The position numbers were made by a program, and so were the translations under genes. 64,000 bases of DNA from Meyerozyma guilliermondii (taxonomy: Eukaryota): the NCBI GenBank assembly GCA_051546255.1, contig CP128822.1, positions 186,001 through 250,000 of the forward strand, in the 5' to 3' direction. Below are positions 10,794 through 20,616 of the stretch, in pieces. Positions within the stretch are counted from its first letter, which is position 1; each line of letters opens with the position of its first letter. The notes below the pieces were generated by a model that worked only from the letters and a program-made list of their open reading frames with translations, did no database searches and was not told the DNA's origin.

Positions 10794-11031
10794 TGTTGAA
10801 ACGTACACCCTTAGGACACCACTTACGTAATATAGACAACTATGGGACTTATTATTATACGTGACTCACTATAGATATGATAGAAATGATTATTGTTAAG
10901 GCGGATATACTCGCCTTTTATATGCTCACAGACCGACGACGCCTCTTGCTTGAGCCACTCCGCATTGGGACCTACTTAGCTAAGCTGTGCTTAGCTAATC
11001 AGGATCACCGCATGCAGTCCATGTCGCAACA
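10794..11031 (-). repeat. 5' LTR (238 bp)
   Basis: Direct repeat of 8580-8817, followed by the TSD TGTGG. Confidence 0.96.
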
Positions 11032-11297
11032 TGTGGTTGATTTGCATCCACCCACCAACTTCGCCGTAGCATTCCGGTCTAGAACGACGCGGTCGCGACT
11101 GCATGCGCCCAACACAACTTTCTCACCTGTGTTTATAACGCTTTTCTTCAGGAGCTGATATCTATTGTTTTGATTTGTGGCCATTTAAACCCATTTTTTC
11201 CGGGCCTCACGTCGTATACACAGCCTGCACAAGCTGTGAAATCATATATTATCACAAGATCACTCGTTTTTACTGGATAAATTTCCACCTGTGATCC

Positions 11298-12143
11298 ATG
11301 GCAATCAGACTTTCAAACTTTATTGGCGACCCTTTTGCCATTGCCACGGTGTCGTTCGGCCTCATCGCGTGGATAGTGGCCATAGCAGGCGCGGGCTCTT
11401 CTCCACAGTCACATTTCCCCAGGTTTACCTGGTGGGGCATCGTATATGAACTTTTGATCATTTTGCTCATCACGTTTTTATATCTTACAAACACCATCGA
11501 GCTCTACAAATTCACGCTTGTGGGTCTCATAGCCGTGGCGTTTGTGTATACCACCAATTCCGCCAACGGGTTGGTTTATGAGTCCAATTCCGGCAAGCTT
11601 TGTTGCGCTGCGGGGTGCATTTTATTATCCATGCTCAACTTGATCTGGATTGTATACTTTGGAGGCCACCCTGAGTCGCCCACCAACCAGTTTATCGACT
11701 CCTTCCTGATCAAGCTGCACACACATAACCACGGCCAGTTGTCGAGTGACGAAAAACACGACGATGACCTTCGCGTAGCCCCAGCTCCGGAAGCATTCCA
11801 AGACAACAATTTACGCCAATCGCAAAACAAGACACCTTACATGCTGCTGTCGCAGTTGAATGGATTGGAAAACTTTTCTTCCGCCGATGTCCGCCAGCTG
11901 CGTGATCTCACCAATTCTCGCCGACAAACGGTGATTGCCGATGAGGAAGACGCCCCAGTATTCCGCTACAAGGCAAGAGCACTCTATAGCTACTCGGCCA
12001 ACCCTGAAGATATCAACGAGATCTCGTTCACCAAAGACGAAATCTTGGATGTCGACGATATCGATGGAAAGTGGTGGCAGGCTAGACGGGCTACGGGAGA
12101 AGTGGGGATCTGTCCTTCGAACTACGTCAAGTTGATCGAGTAA
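11298..12143 (+). CDS. SHO1: Osmosensor Sho1 (4 TM + SH3)
   Basis: GDPFAIAT, FPRFTWW, four TM segments, and a C-terminal SH3 domain (ALYSY...EISF...WWQA...GICPSNYV). Confidence 0.97.
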   Translation: MAIRLSNFIGDPFAIATVSFGLIAWIVAIAGAGSSPQSHFPRFTWWGIVYELLIILLITFLYLTNTIELYKFTLVGLIAVAFVYTTNSANGLVYESNSGKLCCAAGCILLSMLNLIWIVYFGGHPESPTNQFIDSFLIKLHTHNHGQLSSDEKHDDDLRVAPAPEAFQDNNLRQSQNKTPYMLLSQLNGLENFSSADVRQLRDLTNSRRQTVIADEEDAPVFRYKARALYSYSANPEDINEISFTKDEILDVDDIDGKWWQARRATGEVGICPSNYVKLIE

Positions 12144-12230
12144 AGATGTACAATATTAGGTATGCGATGGACTCATAGTGTGGGAACATCTGTTATTGTT
12201 TCTGTATAAATGGTATTTACGAGTTTTATT

Positions 12231-15200
12231 TTAGTCAAACACAACAATTGGCTTCCAGTTGGGGTTGATGAATCTCTTCACTCCCTGGCGCTTGTAGAGT
12301 TGTTCCAATTCTTCACCTTGTTGGTCCAGAAGATCCACCACTTGAAAGTTGGACTCGATTCTATGGGGTGTTACCGACTTGGGCAAAACCACCGTACCTC
12401 TCCATAACGCCCAGGCGATCAAAATGGTTGCTGGTTCAACATTGTGTTCTTTGGCTATTTTTGTCACCACTTCATCCTTCAAAAGAGGAGAGTCTGTCGA
12501 CCCCAATGGACTATAAGCTTCCACAAGAATATTGTGTTTGGCGCATTCGTCCAAGAGCTCCTTTTGAGGAAGAAGTGGATGCAATTCAACCTGATTTGCA
12601 GCAGGAACATCTTTAGTTGTGGGAGCCGCAAGCAATTCTTGAATTCTCTTAACTGAAAAATTCGACACTCCAATTGCTCTGGCTTTAGATTTGTCCAATT
12701 TTTGCATGGATTCCCAGGTTTTGATGAAGTTCCAATCCAGATCGATATCTCTGCTTCCATCTGGAAGCGTGGGGAACTTGGGATCGTTACCATTGGGGTT
12801 CAAGGGAACCGGCCAATGCATCAAATACAAGTCCACGTAATCGGTTCCAAGACGTTTAAGTGAAGCATCAAGCGCTTCTGCAGCACGACGATGGTCGATA
12901 CACCACAATTTGGTGGTGATGAAAATCTTGGATCTGTCAACTCCGGAGTCCTTGATGGCTTTTCCGATGACATCTTCGTTGCCGTATGCATCTGCAGTGT
13001 CAATATGCGTGTAACCGGATTTCAAAGCTGTCAAAATTGCATTGTAAACCTCTGAACCTCCGCCGATTGTCTCACAGAACCCAAACCCAGCAACCATTTC
13101 TCCTGTTTTTTTATCAAGACCTCCTTGGCCAAAACACAAGCAATTCATACACCCATAAGATGCAGCAACAGTACCAAAAGCTTTTAAAATTGTGTCGGTA
13201 ATTTTTTGAGAAGTAATACCATTTCCTCCAGAAACAGCAGCGGTGACACTGGGGTTCAATACTGTGCCTTCGGGAATGCGTACCTCTATTGGAGCTAGCA
13301 CTCCTTCGTTCATGGGCAAGTCACCTTCGGTAATATGGCATCTTAAGCAGTAGGTGATACAGGCATAAGTAACTGCTCGAGGGGCATTGAAACAGTTGAA
13401 AGTTTCGTCTGCGGTACCTTCGAAATCAAACACCGCCGAACCATCCTCTTCATTGATATCGATGGTAAGTTGGATTTTGGCTCCATCATCCATGAAATCA
13501 ACAGCCTGCAATGGAAGTCGATGCTTATTTTCTTGTGCCAACTTTTTGAGGAACTTTCTGACTGCGGCTTCAGATGTGGTTTTGATACCCTTCATGTAGA
13601 ACAAAACATAGTCCGTATCGTATTCCGTGAAAACATCCGTTAACATATTGATTCCACGCTGGTTGGCTGCAATTTCAGCCTTAAGATCGGCAATATTGTC
13701 TTCAACTTTTCTCGAAGGAGACGATCCTGGAACTTTCTTAAGCTCATCCACAAAGTACTTTTCAACTCCGTCATAATCGAAAACTCCGTTGTTCACAAGC
13801 TTCCAGGCGATGAACTGGGCACCTTCGTCCTTGAGATCTGTCGCTGACGAGTCCATAGATCCCGCAACAGTGCCTCCTATTTCAGCATGATGTGCTCTCG
13901 AAGCAACATAGAACCGAATCTTTCCGTCCACGAAAACTGGTGATATCACAGTGATATCAGGCAAGTGTGTTCCCATCGCCTTGGGATGATTGGTGGCCCA
14001 AATATCACCTTCTTTGATATCATCACCCCAATGATTTATCTGATATTTCACAGCAAAAGACATCGAACTTAGATGAACTGGCACAGCAGGAGCATTGGCT
14101 ACTAGATTACCAACTTCGTCAAATAAAGCACAGCTAAAGTCCATTCTCTCCTTGATATTGGCACTCACAGATATCTTCTGTAACGTGGTACACATGGACT
14201 CAGCAATAGACATAAACCGGTGAGCAAAGACTGACAACTGTACTGGATCGATTTTGAGGTCCGCATCTTTTTCTTGTGACGACTGGGACTCGTCAAGATC
14301 AATAATGACATGCCTAGGAAGAACCGTTAAATGGGAATTTGGCTCGACCAAAATTGTTTGAGTGGAGTCTATCACTAATGCGGGACCAGGAATAACTGTT
14401 CCACTATCCAAGTCATTTAAGAGATAAACGTTTGCTTCTTGAAATCCTCCCTCAAAATAAACGCTTGACTTCAGTTTTTCGATTCCTGGTGCAACAACTT
14501 TGGGACTGATTTTGGCCAAATCTTTATAAGCTGATCTCTCGGTGATCTTTCCAGCATTACCGGACCCTCTGACTCTGATATCCGACACAATGACGTCTCT
14601 ATGCTTGTCGTTGAATGAAAATTCTCTCTGATGAGTCTCGTAAAAGTTCTGTAAGAAATTCTTGGATTTGTCTTCTGCAATCATGAGTTTTGAATCTGAA
14701 CCCTTATAACCCATATTGAAGTAGACTTGGAAATCCGATGCTGTAACTCCTTGATCTTCAAGTTCGAGAGCCACTTTTTCCTTCAACACCTCACACTTTT
14801 GCAAAAGCGATGATACTGATTCTTCCGTATACTTTACCGAAGCCGGTTCCAACTCTTCATGAACCACATCCGCCAAAGCAATTCCATAGGCAGAAAGGAT
14901 CGATGAGTATTTGTGAATTATTACTCTTTTGATCTTCAAAACCTTGGCTAACGATGTTGCATGTTGGCCACCGGCACCTCCAAAAGATGCCAAGTTGTGT
15001 TTCGTAACGTCAAAACCTTTGTTTTCTGTCAATTGTCTTATAGGCTTTGCCATGGCAACATTTGCAACATTGAGGAACCCAAGGGCTACTTCATGAGCCG
15101 ATTTGGGTTTGCTATCGGGATGCTCAGCATTAATTATATCCGCCAATTGCTGAAACTTTTCCACCACGGCGGTACCATCAAGTGGTTCATTTTCATTGGG

Positions 15201-16469
15201 ACCAAAAATTTTTGGAAAGTATTCAGGAAGAATTCTTCCACACATCAAATTTGCGTCTGTCACCGTCAAGTTTTGTCCATTTTTACGATAGCATACTGGA
15301 CCAGGATGAGCAGATGCGCTGTCAGGGCCAACCTGATACAACCCGTTTTTGTAAGACAAAATAGATCCACCGCCAGCAGCCACAGTGTTTATGTCCAACT
15401 GAGGAGCAGCAATTTTTAAGCCGGCTGTAGTCGTCTCAAAAACATGGTCATAAGCACCAGCGTACCTAGAAACATCCGTGGAAGTTCCTCCCATATCAAA
15501 ACCAATTGTATCTGTACCTTCATTGGGATCATAGCATGTGAGCGCTTGTCCTACCACTCCACCAGCAGGGCCAGAAAGAAGCGACTTTAAACCGGTAAAT
15601 TTAGTATAATGACAAAGTCCACCGTCGGACATCATAAACTCGATTCTAGTGTGTTTTTCAAATCCCTCTTTGAATCCGCTGAGAAGACTTTCAATATACT
15701 GCTTGACAATGGGAGTGAGGTATGCGTCCACCACGGACGACTGTCCTCTATTTACGACCTTGATCATGGGTAAAGTTTTGTGAGACATGGTAACGTTTTC
15801 AAACCCAAGTTCGGTTGCCAACGCGCCAATTTGAAGCTCATGTTCCTGAAAGTTGTATCCATGAACCAAGACAATTGCAACTGAGGTTATACCCTCTTCT
15901 TTCAAAGCTTTCAATTGGCTTTTGGTTTTTTCAACATTTAAAGGCTTGATTATTTTCACCACTTCTTTAGTAGAGCCTCGTACAAAATACTTTCCATCAA
16001 CCTTGTCTTCAGCGGTATATCCAGTGGCATCCTCAGAATAAGCAGGAAGCGTTACCCGTTCTTCTACCTCAATTACCTTTTCGTACAAGACTCCAGGTTT
16101 GCGAATATTCAAGTCAAAAAGATCCGGCCGCGCCTGGTTCCCAATATACAAAAGATCCTTGAATCCTTCAGTAGTAACAAGCGCAGTACGAACACCTTTC
16201 CTCTCCAAAAGTGCATTGGTTGCAACTGTGGTTCCTAATCTGATACTTTCTACTCCACTAGTATCCAACAATTCGCCACGAGGAATCTCCTTTCCACTCG
16301 TGTACTCTAAAACTCGCCGGATTCCTTCGATATTAGCATCGTCATAATTTCCAGGATCGACCGAAAGTAACTTGAAAACGTATTCGCTCTGTCCGGGAAT
16401 AACCGCAAGAACATCCGTAAATGTTCCTCCTCTGTCTATTGCAATCTTGATCCCTTCCCCTAGTGTCAT
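12231..16469 (-). CDS. Fusion ORF: ATP-dependent 5-oxoprolinase/hydantoinase (aa 1-1139, C-terminally truncated; 13053-16469) joined to a Gcy1/Ypr1-type aldo-keto reductase (aa 1140-1412, N-terminally truncated; 12231-13052)
   Basis: OXP1 motifs IAIDRGGTFTD, GTTVATNALLERKG, LSGPAGG, FDMGGTSTDV, NIKERMDFSCA, THLPDITV and ETIGGGS, followed directly by AKR motifs HIDTADAYGNE, ITTKLW, LYLMHWP, IGVSNFS, NQVELHP and LPKSVTPHRI. Confidence 0.88.
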   Translation of the reverse strand: MTLGEGIKIAIDRGGTFTDVLAVIPGQSEYVFKLLSVDPGNYDDANIEGIRRVLEYTSGKEIPRGELLDTSGVESIRLGTTVATNALLERKGVRTALVTTEGFKDLLYIGNQARPDLFDLNIRKPGVLYEKVIEVEERVTLPAYSEDATGYTAEDKVDGKYFVRGSTKEVVKIIKPLNVEKTKSQLKALKEEGITSVAIVLVHGYNFQEHELQIGALATELGFENVTMSHKTLPMIKVVNRGQSSVVDAYLTPIVKQYIESLLSGFKEGFEKHTRIEFMMSDGGLCHYTKFTGLKSLLSGPAGGVVGQALTCYDPNEGTDTIGFDMGGTSTDVSRYAGAYDHVFETTTAGLKIAAPQLDINTVAAGGGSILSYKNGLYQVGPDSASAHPGPVCYRKNGQNLTVTDANLMCGRILPEYFPKIFGPNENEPLDGTAVVEKFQQLADIINAEHPDSKPKSAHEVALGFLNVANVAMAKPIRQLTENKGFDVTKHNLASFGGAGGQHATSLAKVLKIKRVIIHKYSSILSAYGIALADVVHEELEPASVKYTEESVSSLLQKCEVLKEKVALELEDQGVTASDFQVYFNMGYKGSDSKLMIAEDKSKNFLQNFYETHQREFSFNDKHRDVIVSDIRVRGSGNAGKITERSAYKDLAKISPKVVAPGIEKLKSSVYFEGGFQEANVYLLNDLDSGTVIPGPALVIDSTQTILVEPNSHLTVLPRHVIIDLDESQSSQEKDADLKIDPVQLSVFAHRFMSIAESMCTTLQKISVSANIKERMDFSCALFDEVGNLVANAPAVPVHLSSMSFAVKYQINHWGDDIKEGDIWATNHPKAMGTHLPDITVISPVFVDGKIRFYVASRAHHAEIGGTVAGSMDSSATDLKDEGAQFIAWKLVNNGVFDYDGVEKYFVDELKKVPGSSPSRKVEDNIADLKAEIAANQRGINMLTDVFTEYDTDYVLFYMKGIKTTSEAAVRKFLKKLAQENKHRLPLQAVDFMDDGAKIQLTIDINEEDGSAVFDFEGTADETFNCFNAPRAVTYACITYCLRCHITEGDLPMNEGVLAPIEVRIPEGTVLNPSVTAAVSGGNGITSQKITDTILKAFGTVAASYGCMNCLCFGQGGLDKKTGEMVAGFGFCETIGGGSEVYNAILTALKSGYTHIDTADAYGNEDVIGKAIKDSGVDRSKIFITTKLWCIDHRRAAEALDASLKRLGTDYVDLYLMHWPVPLNPNGNDPKFPTLPDGSRDIDLDWNFIKTWESMQKLDKSKARAIGVSNFSVKRIQELLAAPTTKDVPAANQVELHPLLPQKELLDECAKHNILVEAYSPLGSTDSPLLKDEVVTKIAKEHNVEPATILIAWALWRGTVVLPKSVTPHRIESNFQVVDLLDQQGEELEQLYKRQGVKRFINPNWKPIVVFD

Positions 16470-16932
16470 GATAAATTTTGATAGAAAACTTTAGTTTGTT
16501 GCAATGCTATATGGGGTGGATGACATTTATATCTGGAGGTGCAGCTTATCGAAGTAAATTCCGGCTTTGCCTGCATCTAGCCGCGTGTCTTCATTTTTGG
16601 CTTGGGGAAGGTGGATGCGCCGTGCATGACTATGGGGAGCTAATCCGGCGTTTATCAATTATTTTTTCAAGGCAATGGGGAACGCCGAGAATGGCTGCAA
16701 TCCCGTCAACATATCTCGTATTGAATGGAGGGGAAAACAGCTGATCTTTGGGTAGCGAAGAGGCACCGCATCAATTGATATCTATTTTTCGTATACTTGG
16801 TATTTTCCCACAAAATTAGTTTAGAGTTTGATTTAGAGTTTCGTATGTTCTGTTTACTTTTTCCGTGCTACTATGTTCGTCTCAATGTCTTAAGAGCATA
16901 AAGTATTCGATTTTACAAAATGTTTACGATGT

Positions 16933-18231
16933 CTATAGCTTAACCGTCCCATGAGAGTCTTCTTTAGCCCATTTAACTTGAGAAATGTCCAACGGCTCAG
17001 ATACCACTCTCCATGAGCAATCTGTAGGATCAAACGGAGAAATGTTGTCTCTCCATTTCCAGGCATTTTGGTACTTTTCCGCAAGTTTTCCCTCTAGTTT
17101 ATCAGCTATAAGGTCTCCGATGGTGGGAAGAAACTTGAATGCATGGCCGCTGTCGCCGGTAGCCACAAATAAGTTGGGTAGTTTTGGAACCGCATCGACG
17201 ATAAAATGAGAATCAGAGGTGTCTGCTATCCAACACACTTTGCTGTCGCGAAGCTTATGGTGTGCTAAATCTGGAACGTATTTGGGTAGGAGCCGTCTTG
17301 CCTGGTCATATCCATCCAAAGGAACGGTGTCGTTGGGATTATCATTTTTGTAGCGAGGAAGCGATTTCTTATCGTAGACTCCAAATGGATCATTAACGTA
17401 GTTTGAGGTTCCAGAACCCGGCAATGCAATCTTGAGGACGTAGGTAGCTGGATCTGGAGGGAAAAAGTATCCCATTTCTCCATCAAACACAACAGGAATG
17501 TCCTTGTATTTTTCGTATTCTTGAGGTGTTAGCTTGATGTGGGTAATAAATAATCCTGTAGCAGATTGTTGTTGTCCCAAGTCCACGAGATAGCCCGTGG
17601 CTGCACCAGCACTCAAGAGAACCTGGTCAGCTGTTCTTTTCGATCCGTCAGCCGAAATTACATAAACGGTTCCGTTTTCGGTGTAGGTAGCAACCACTCG
17701 TCCTGCGTCGCCAAATACAAATGTCACACCCAATTGCTCGGCTCTGGCGTGAGCCAGTCTCAAAGCGTTCGCGGCGTGGGCAAGCCCCGACTCAGGGTTC
17801 CATTTTATCTCGGTGGAATCTTTGACAGAATTGTGGCTTAAGACTTTGAATTTTCCACCCAATTGTTCACCACCTTTATAATATTCGATATATTTTCCGC
17901 CACCAATCGCCTGGAGATTGGCAATACTGAGTCTCTCAAACTCCCTTCTACCCTCGTGGTTCTCGGGAGTGATTAAAATTCGTCCACATTCTTTGAAAGT
18001 GTGGTTGTAAACTGGACTATGTCTCCATTCATCAAGAGCAGCGACGCTCAATTCCGTGTATAATTTGTCAGTGTATTCGGTCCGGATGATCTTGTTGAAG
18101 TCACACGCGGCAGACCAAGGCGAAGGAACCGGAAATGAGTCCATTGCAACCACTTTATGACCTCTTTCTGCTAGAGCAATGGCAGACGAAAGTCCCATTA
18201 CGCCACAACCAACGATAAGAACCGAAGACAT
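16933..18231 (-). CDS. FAD-dependent fructosyl-amino-acid oxidase / pipecolate-sarcosine oxidase family protein
   Basis: VLIVGCGVMG Rossmann motif, PSPWSAACDFNKIIR, CWIADTSDSHFIVD and TGDSGHAFKFLPTIG, typical of fungal FAOD/PIPOX/saccharopine oxidases. Likely ATG at 18231; ends in -VKL. Confidence 0.85.
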   Translation of the reverse strand: MSSVLIVGCGVMGLSSAIALAERGHKVVAMDSFPVPSPWSAACDFNKIIRTEYTDKLYTELSVAALDEWRHSPVYNHTFKECGRILITPENHEGRREFERLSIANLQAIGGGKYIEYYKGGEQLGGKFKVLSHNSVKDSTEIKWNPESGLAHAANALRLAHARAEQLGVTFVFGDAGRVVATYTENGTVYVISADGSKRTADQVLLSAGAATGYLVDLGQQQSATGLFITHIKLTPQEYEKYKDIPVVFDGEMGYFFPPDPATYVLKIALPGSGTSNYVNDPFGVYDKKSLPRYKNDNPNDTVPLDGYDQARRLLPKYVPDLAHHKLRDSKVCWIADTSDSHFIVDAVPKLPNLFVATGDSGHAFKFLPTIGDLIADKLEGKLAEKYQNAWKWRDNISPFDPTDCSWRVVSEPLDISQVKWAKEDSHGTVKL

Positions 18232-18671
18232 TGCTATAGTATTCACACGCTCCGCCGTCGTTACTAGACACGCGTATGTTGTGGTGGCGTAAAAATTGAC
18301 CTGCGGACTTTGGTATAAATATAAAAAGATGGTTTTTCCGATTTGATATCGCGGCGCTCGAGGGTGCATATGCGGAGAGGAGACGACGCCGCAGCGCGAG
18401 GCTCTCGGCGCACCGACCTGCCTTTCAGTGCGCGATAAAGTTTCCCGTCGCACGGAATAATCTATCGGCGTCATCCCCTCTGCGTTCCCAACTGCCGTTT
18501 TGTTTATTGGTTGCAACCGACCCGTAACATGAAGAGTGATCTTCGTAGATAAGCAGTATAAGAAGATCAGAACAGCCGCTTATTATATAAGAGCCAATAT
18601 AACCCGCTTAGCATAAGAACCAATAACCGAGTCGGATTAACGTTTAAACTTAAACTTTATTTTTGAATTTA

Positions 18672-20159
18672 ATGACAGAAAAACTCGAGTTGAAGGTGCA
18701 GGAGTCCAGTTTTCTGCTTCCCCAAGATGGTGATGTTGACGTTGGTGCAAAATACCTCTTGGATCATCCTGAACATGCCGACTATTCGCAGGAAGAAGCC
18801 CGCAAAGTTTTGCGAAAAATCGACTGGTTATTGATGCCGATTATGACAATTGTTATCACCCTTGCTGCCGCTGATAAGATCATAATTTCTAATGCTGCTG
18901 TGTACGGAATGCGAGAAGATGCCCATTTGGTGGGGTCTCAATATTCATGGTTGGGATCGATTTTTTACTTTGGGTATTTGGTTATGGAGTTTCCCGCCAA
19001 CTATTTGCTCCAAAAACTTCCCGTGGCAAAGGTACTATGTACTTCTTTCGTTGTGTGGAACGCAATCTTGATGTGTATGGCTGCTGGGAACAATTTTGCT
19101 GGACTTGGTGCAATGCGGTTTCTCTTGGGAATGGGCGAGTCGTTCTTATTTCCCTCATTAACCGTGATAACTACCATGTTCTATAAAAAATCAGAGCAGC
19201 CGTTCCGTACTGCCATTTGGTTTTCAGGCTTCTCGTCGCTTATCACTGGAATCTTGTCTTATGCCGTAGGACATGCCCACTCCTCCATCGCCAACTGGAG
19301 ACTCTTGTTTCTTGTGTTTGGAGCCATAACCATTTTCTTCACTTGTGTGTTGTTCATTCTCTTGCCCGACAGTCCAGTAACTTGTCGCTACTTTAATGAA
19401 AGAGAGAAGTACATTGCGGTACACCGAACCATCGAAAACAAAACCGGAACAAAAAACACAAATTTCAAGAAAGATCAGGTTATCGAGGCTTTGACAGACT
19501 GGAAAACTTGGGTCATGGCGGTGTTTGTATTGTCCATCAATATCAGCAATGGTGCCTTGGTGACATTTGCAGCACAAATTGTCTCAGGTTTAGGTTACTC
19601 ACCGATCAGAACTACCTTGCTTGGAATGCCCACTGGAGTGTTTATGACATTAAGCAGTTGGCTCATTGCCTTGCCTGGTCTCTACTTCCCCAAGAAATTC
19701 CGTACCATATGTGCTGGTACCATCTGCTTATGTCCTTTGATTTGCTGTGCATTGATGATGACTCTCCACAACAAACATGGTTTGCTCGTTGCTTACTATT
19801 TCTTTTACTTCTACTGGGGTCCTTACGTATGTATGACGTCGTTGTCCATGGCCAACACCTCGGGCCATACAAAAAAGACTATCGTCAATACGGTGAATTT
19901 TGTGTCTTATTGTGTGTCCAACATCATTGCTCCACAATTCTTTCTCGCCAAACAGGCACCTCATTACCTTACTGGTTATCATGCTATTTTAGGCTTTACC
20001 TCCGCAGCTTGTCTTTCAATTTTGGCTTATGGTGCTGGATGCTATATGGAAAATGCTAGGAGAGACAAGCTCTACGGACCACCATCATTGGATTTTGAAG
20101 AGGATGCCAAAAATTTGACAGATAAGCAAAAGGCCAAGAATTTTCGATACGTTTGGTAG
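18672..20159 (+). CDS. MFS transporter, anion:cation symporter (Dal5 allantoate/dipeptide permease) family
   Basis: RKIDWLLMP, YSWLGSIFYFGY, RFLLGMGE, LPDSP and ANTSGHTKK; C-terminal LTDKQ...NFRYVW; about 12 TM. Confidence 0.9.
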   Translation: MTEKLELKVQESSFLLPQDGDVDVGAKYLLDHPEHADYSQEEARKVLRKIDWLLMPIMTIVITLAAADKIIISNAAVYGMREDAHLVGSQYSWLGSIFYFGYLVMEFPANYLLQKLPVAKVLCTSFVVWNAILMCMAAGNNFAGLGAMRFLLGMGESFLFPSLTVITTMFYKKSEQPFRTAIWFSGFSSLITGILSYAVGHAHSSIANWRLLFLVFGAITIFFTCVLFILLPDSPVTCRYFNEREKYIAVHRTIENKTGTKNTNFKKDQVIEALTDWKTWVMAVFVLSINISNGALVTFAAQIVSGLGYSPIRTTLLGMPTGVFMTLSSWLIALPGLYFPKKFRTICAGTICLCPLICCALMMTLHNKHGLLVAYYFFYFYWGPYVCMTSLSMANTSGHTKKTIVNTVNFVSYCVSNIIAPQFFLAKQAPHYLTGYHAILGFTSAACLSILAYGAGCYMENARRDKLYGPPSLDFEEDAKNLTDKQKAKNFRYVW

Positions 20160-20616
20160 AAGCTTCTTAAGGAGTTGTAAGGGTTCTCTCAGCCCCACTT
20201 GTTCTATAATTACGAATTTGCAGCCGAGTCAACGGGCTTATACACCCGAACCTTGACGAGCTTGGCACGAGTAATTTGGTAGGTGAACTATTCAAGAATG
20301 ATGAACTAGAATTGATAAAGTATCACGAGTGATAAACTATATAGATAATTGATAATGTGGAGTCGTCTATACACAACTACCCCAGTTTCTCGTCGTTTCT
20401 TGTCTTATTTTTCAACCACTCGAATCGCACTCATTACTCATCGCGAATATTCACTCATACTCATTTTCTCATTTCTCATCCATTCCGACTTTGCCCGAAA
20501 TCATACCACACCAAATATTTTTCAAACACGCACGTGGCTGACTTCCAAACGGTTTCCACGGATATACCAGATGCATAAATACCCAGAATAATCGCACCAC
20601 CTCCCTCACTTTCATA

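Larger units (their letters stand above)
8580..11031 (-). mobile_element. Non-autonomous, internally deleted Ty1/copia-superfamily (Ty5/Tca5-like) LTR retrotransposon
   Basis: Two 238-bp TG...CA LTRs (8580-8817, 10794-11031); 5-bp TSD TGTGG (8575-8579, 11032-11036); PBS GGTTATGAGCC; PPT AAGGGGAGA; frameshifted RNase H remnants; no long ORF. Confidence 0.95.

Noticed and set aside
10877..11158. 93-aa ORF overlapping the LTR, and other short ORFs in 8888-10267
   Set aside because: No recognisable gag or pol identity as intact ORFs; chance frames in LTR or degenerate sequence.
13040..13070. Intron or alternative splice explaining the OXP-AKR junction
   Set aside because: No GTATGT/GTAAGT donor or TACTAAC branch point on the minus strand near the junction, and the missing oxoprolinase C-terminus is not visible downstream.
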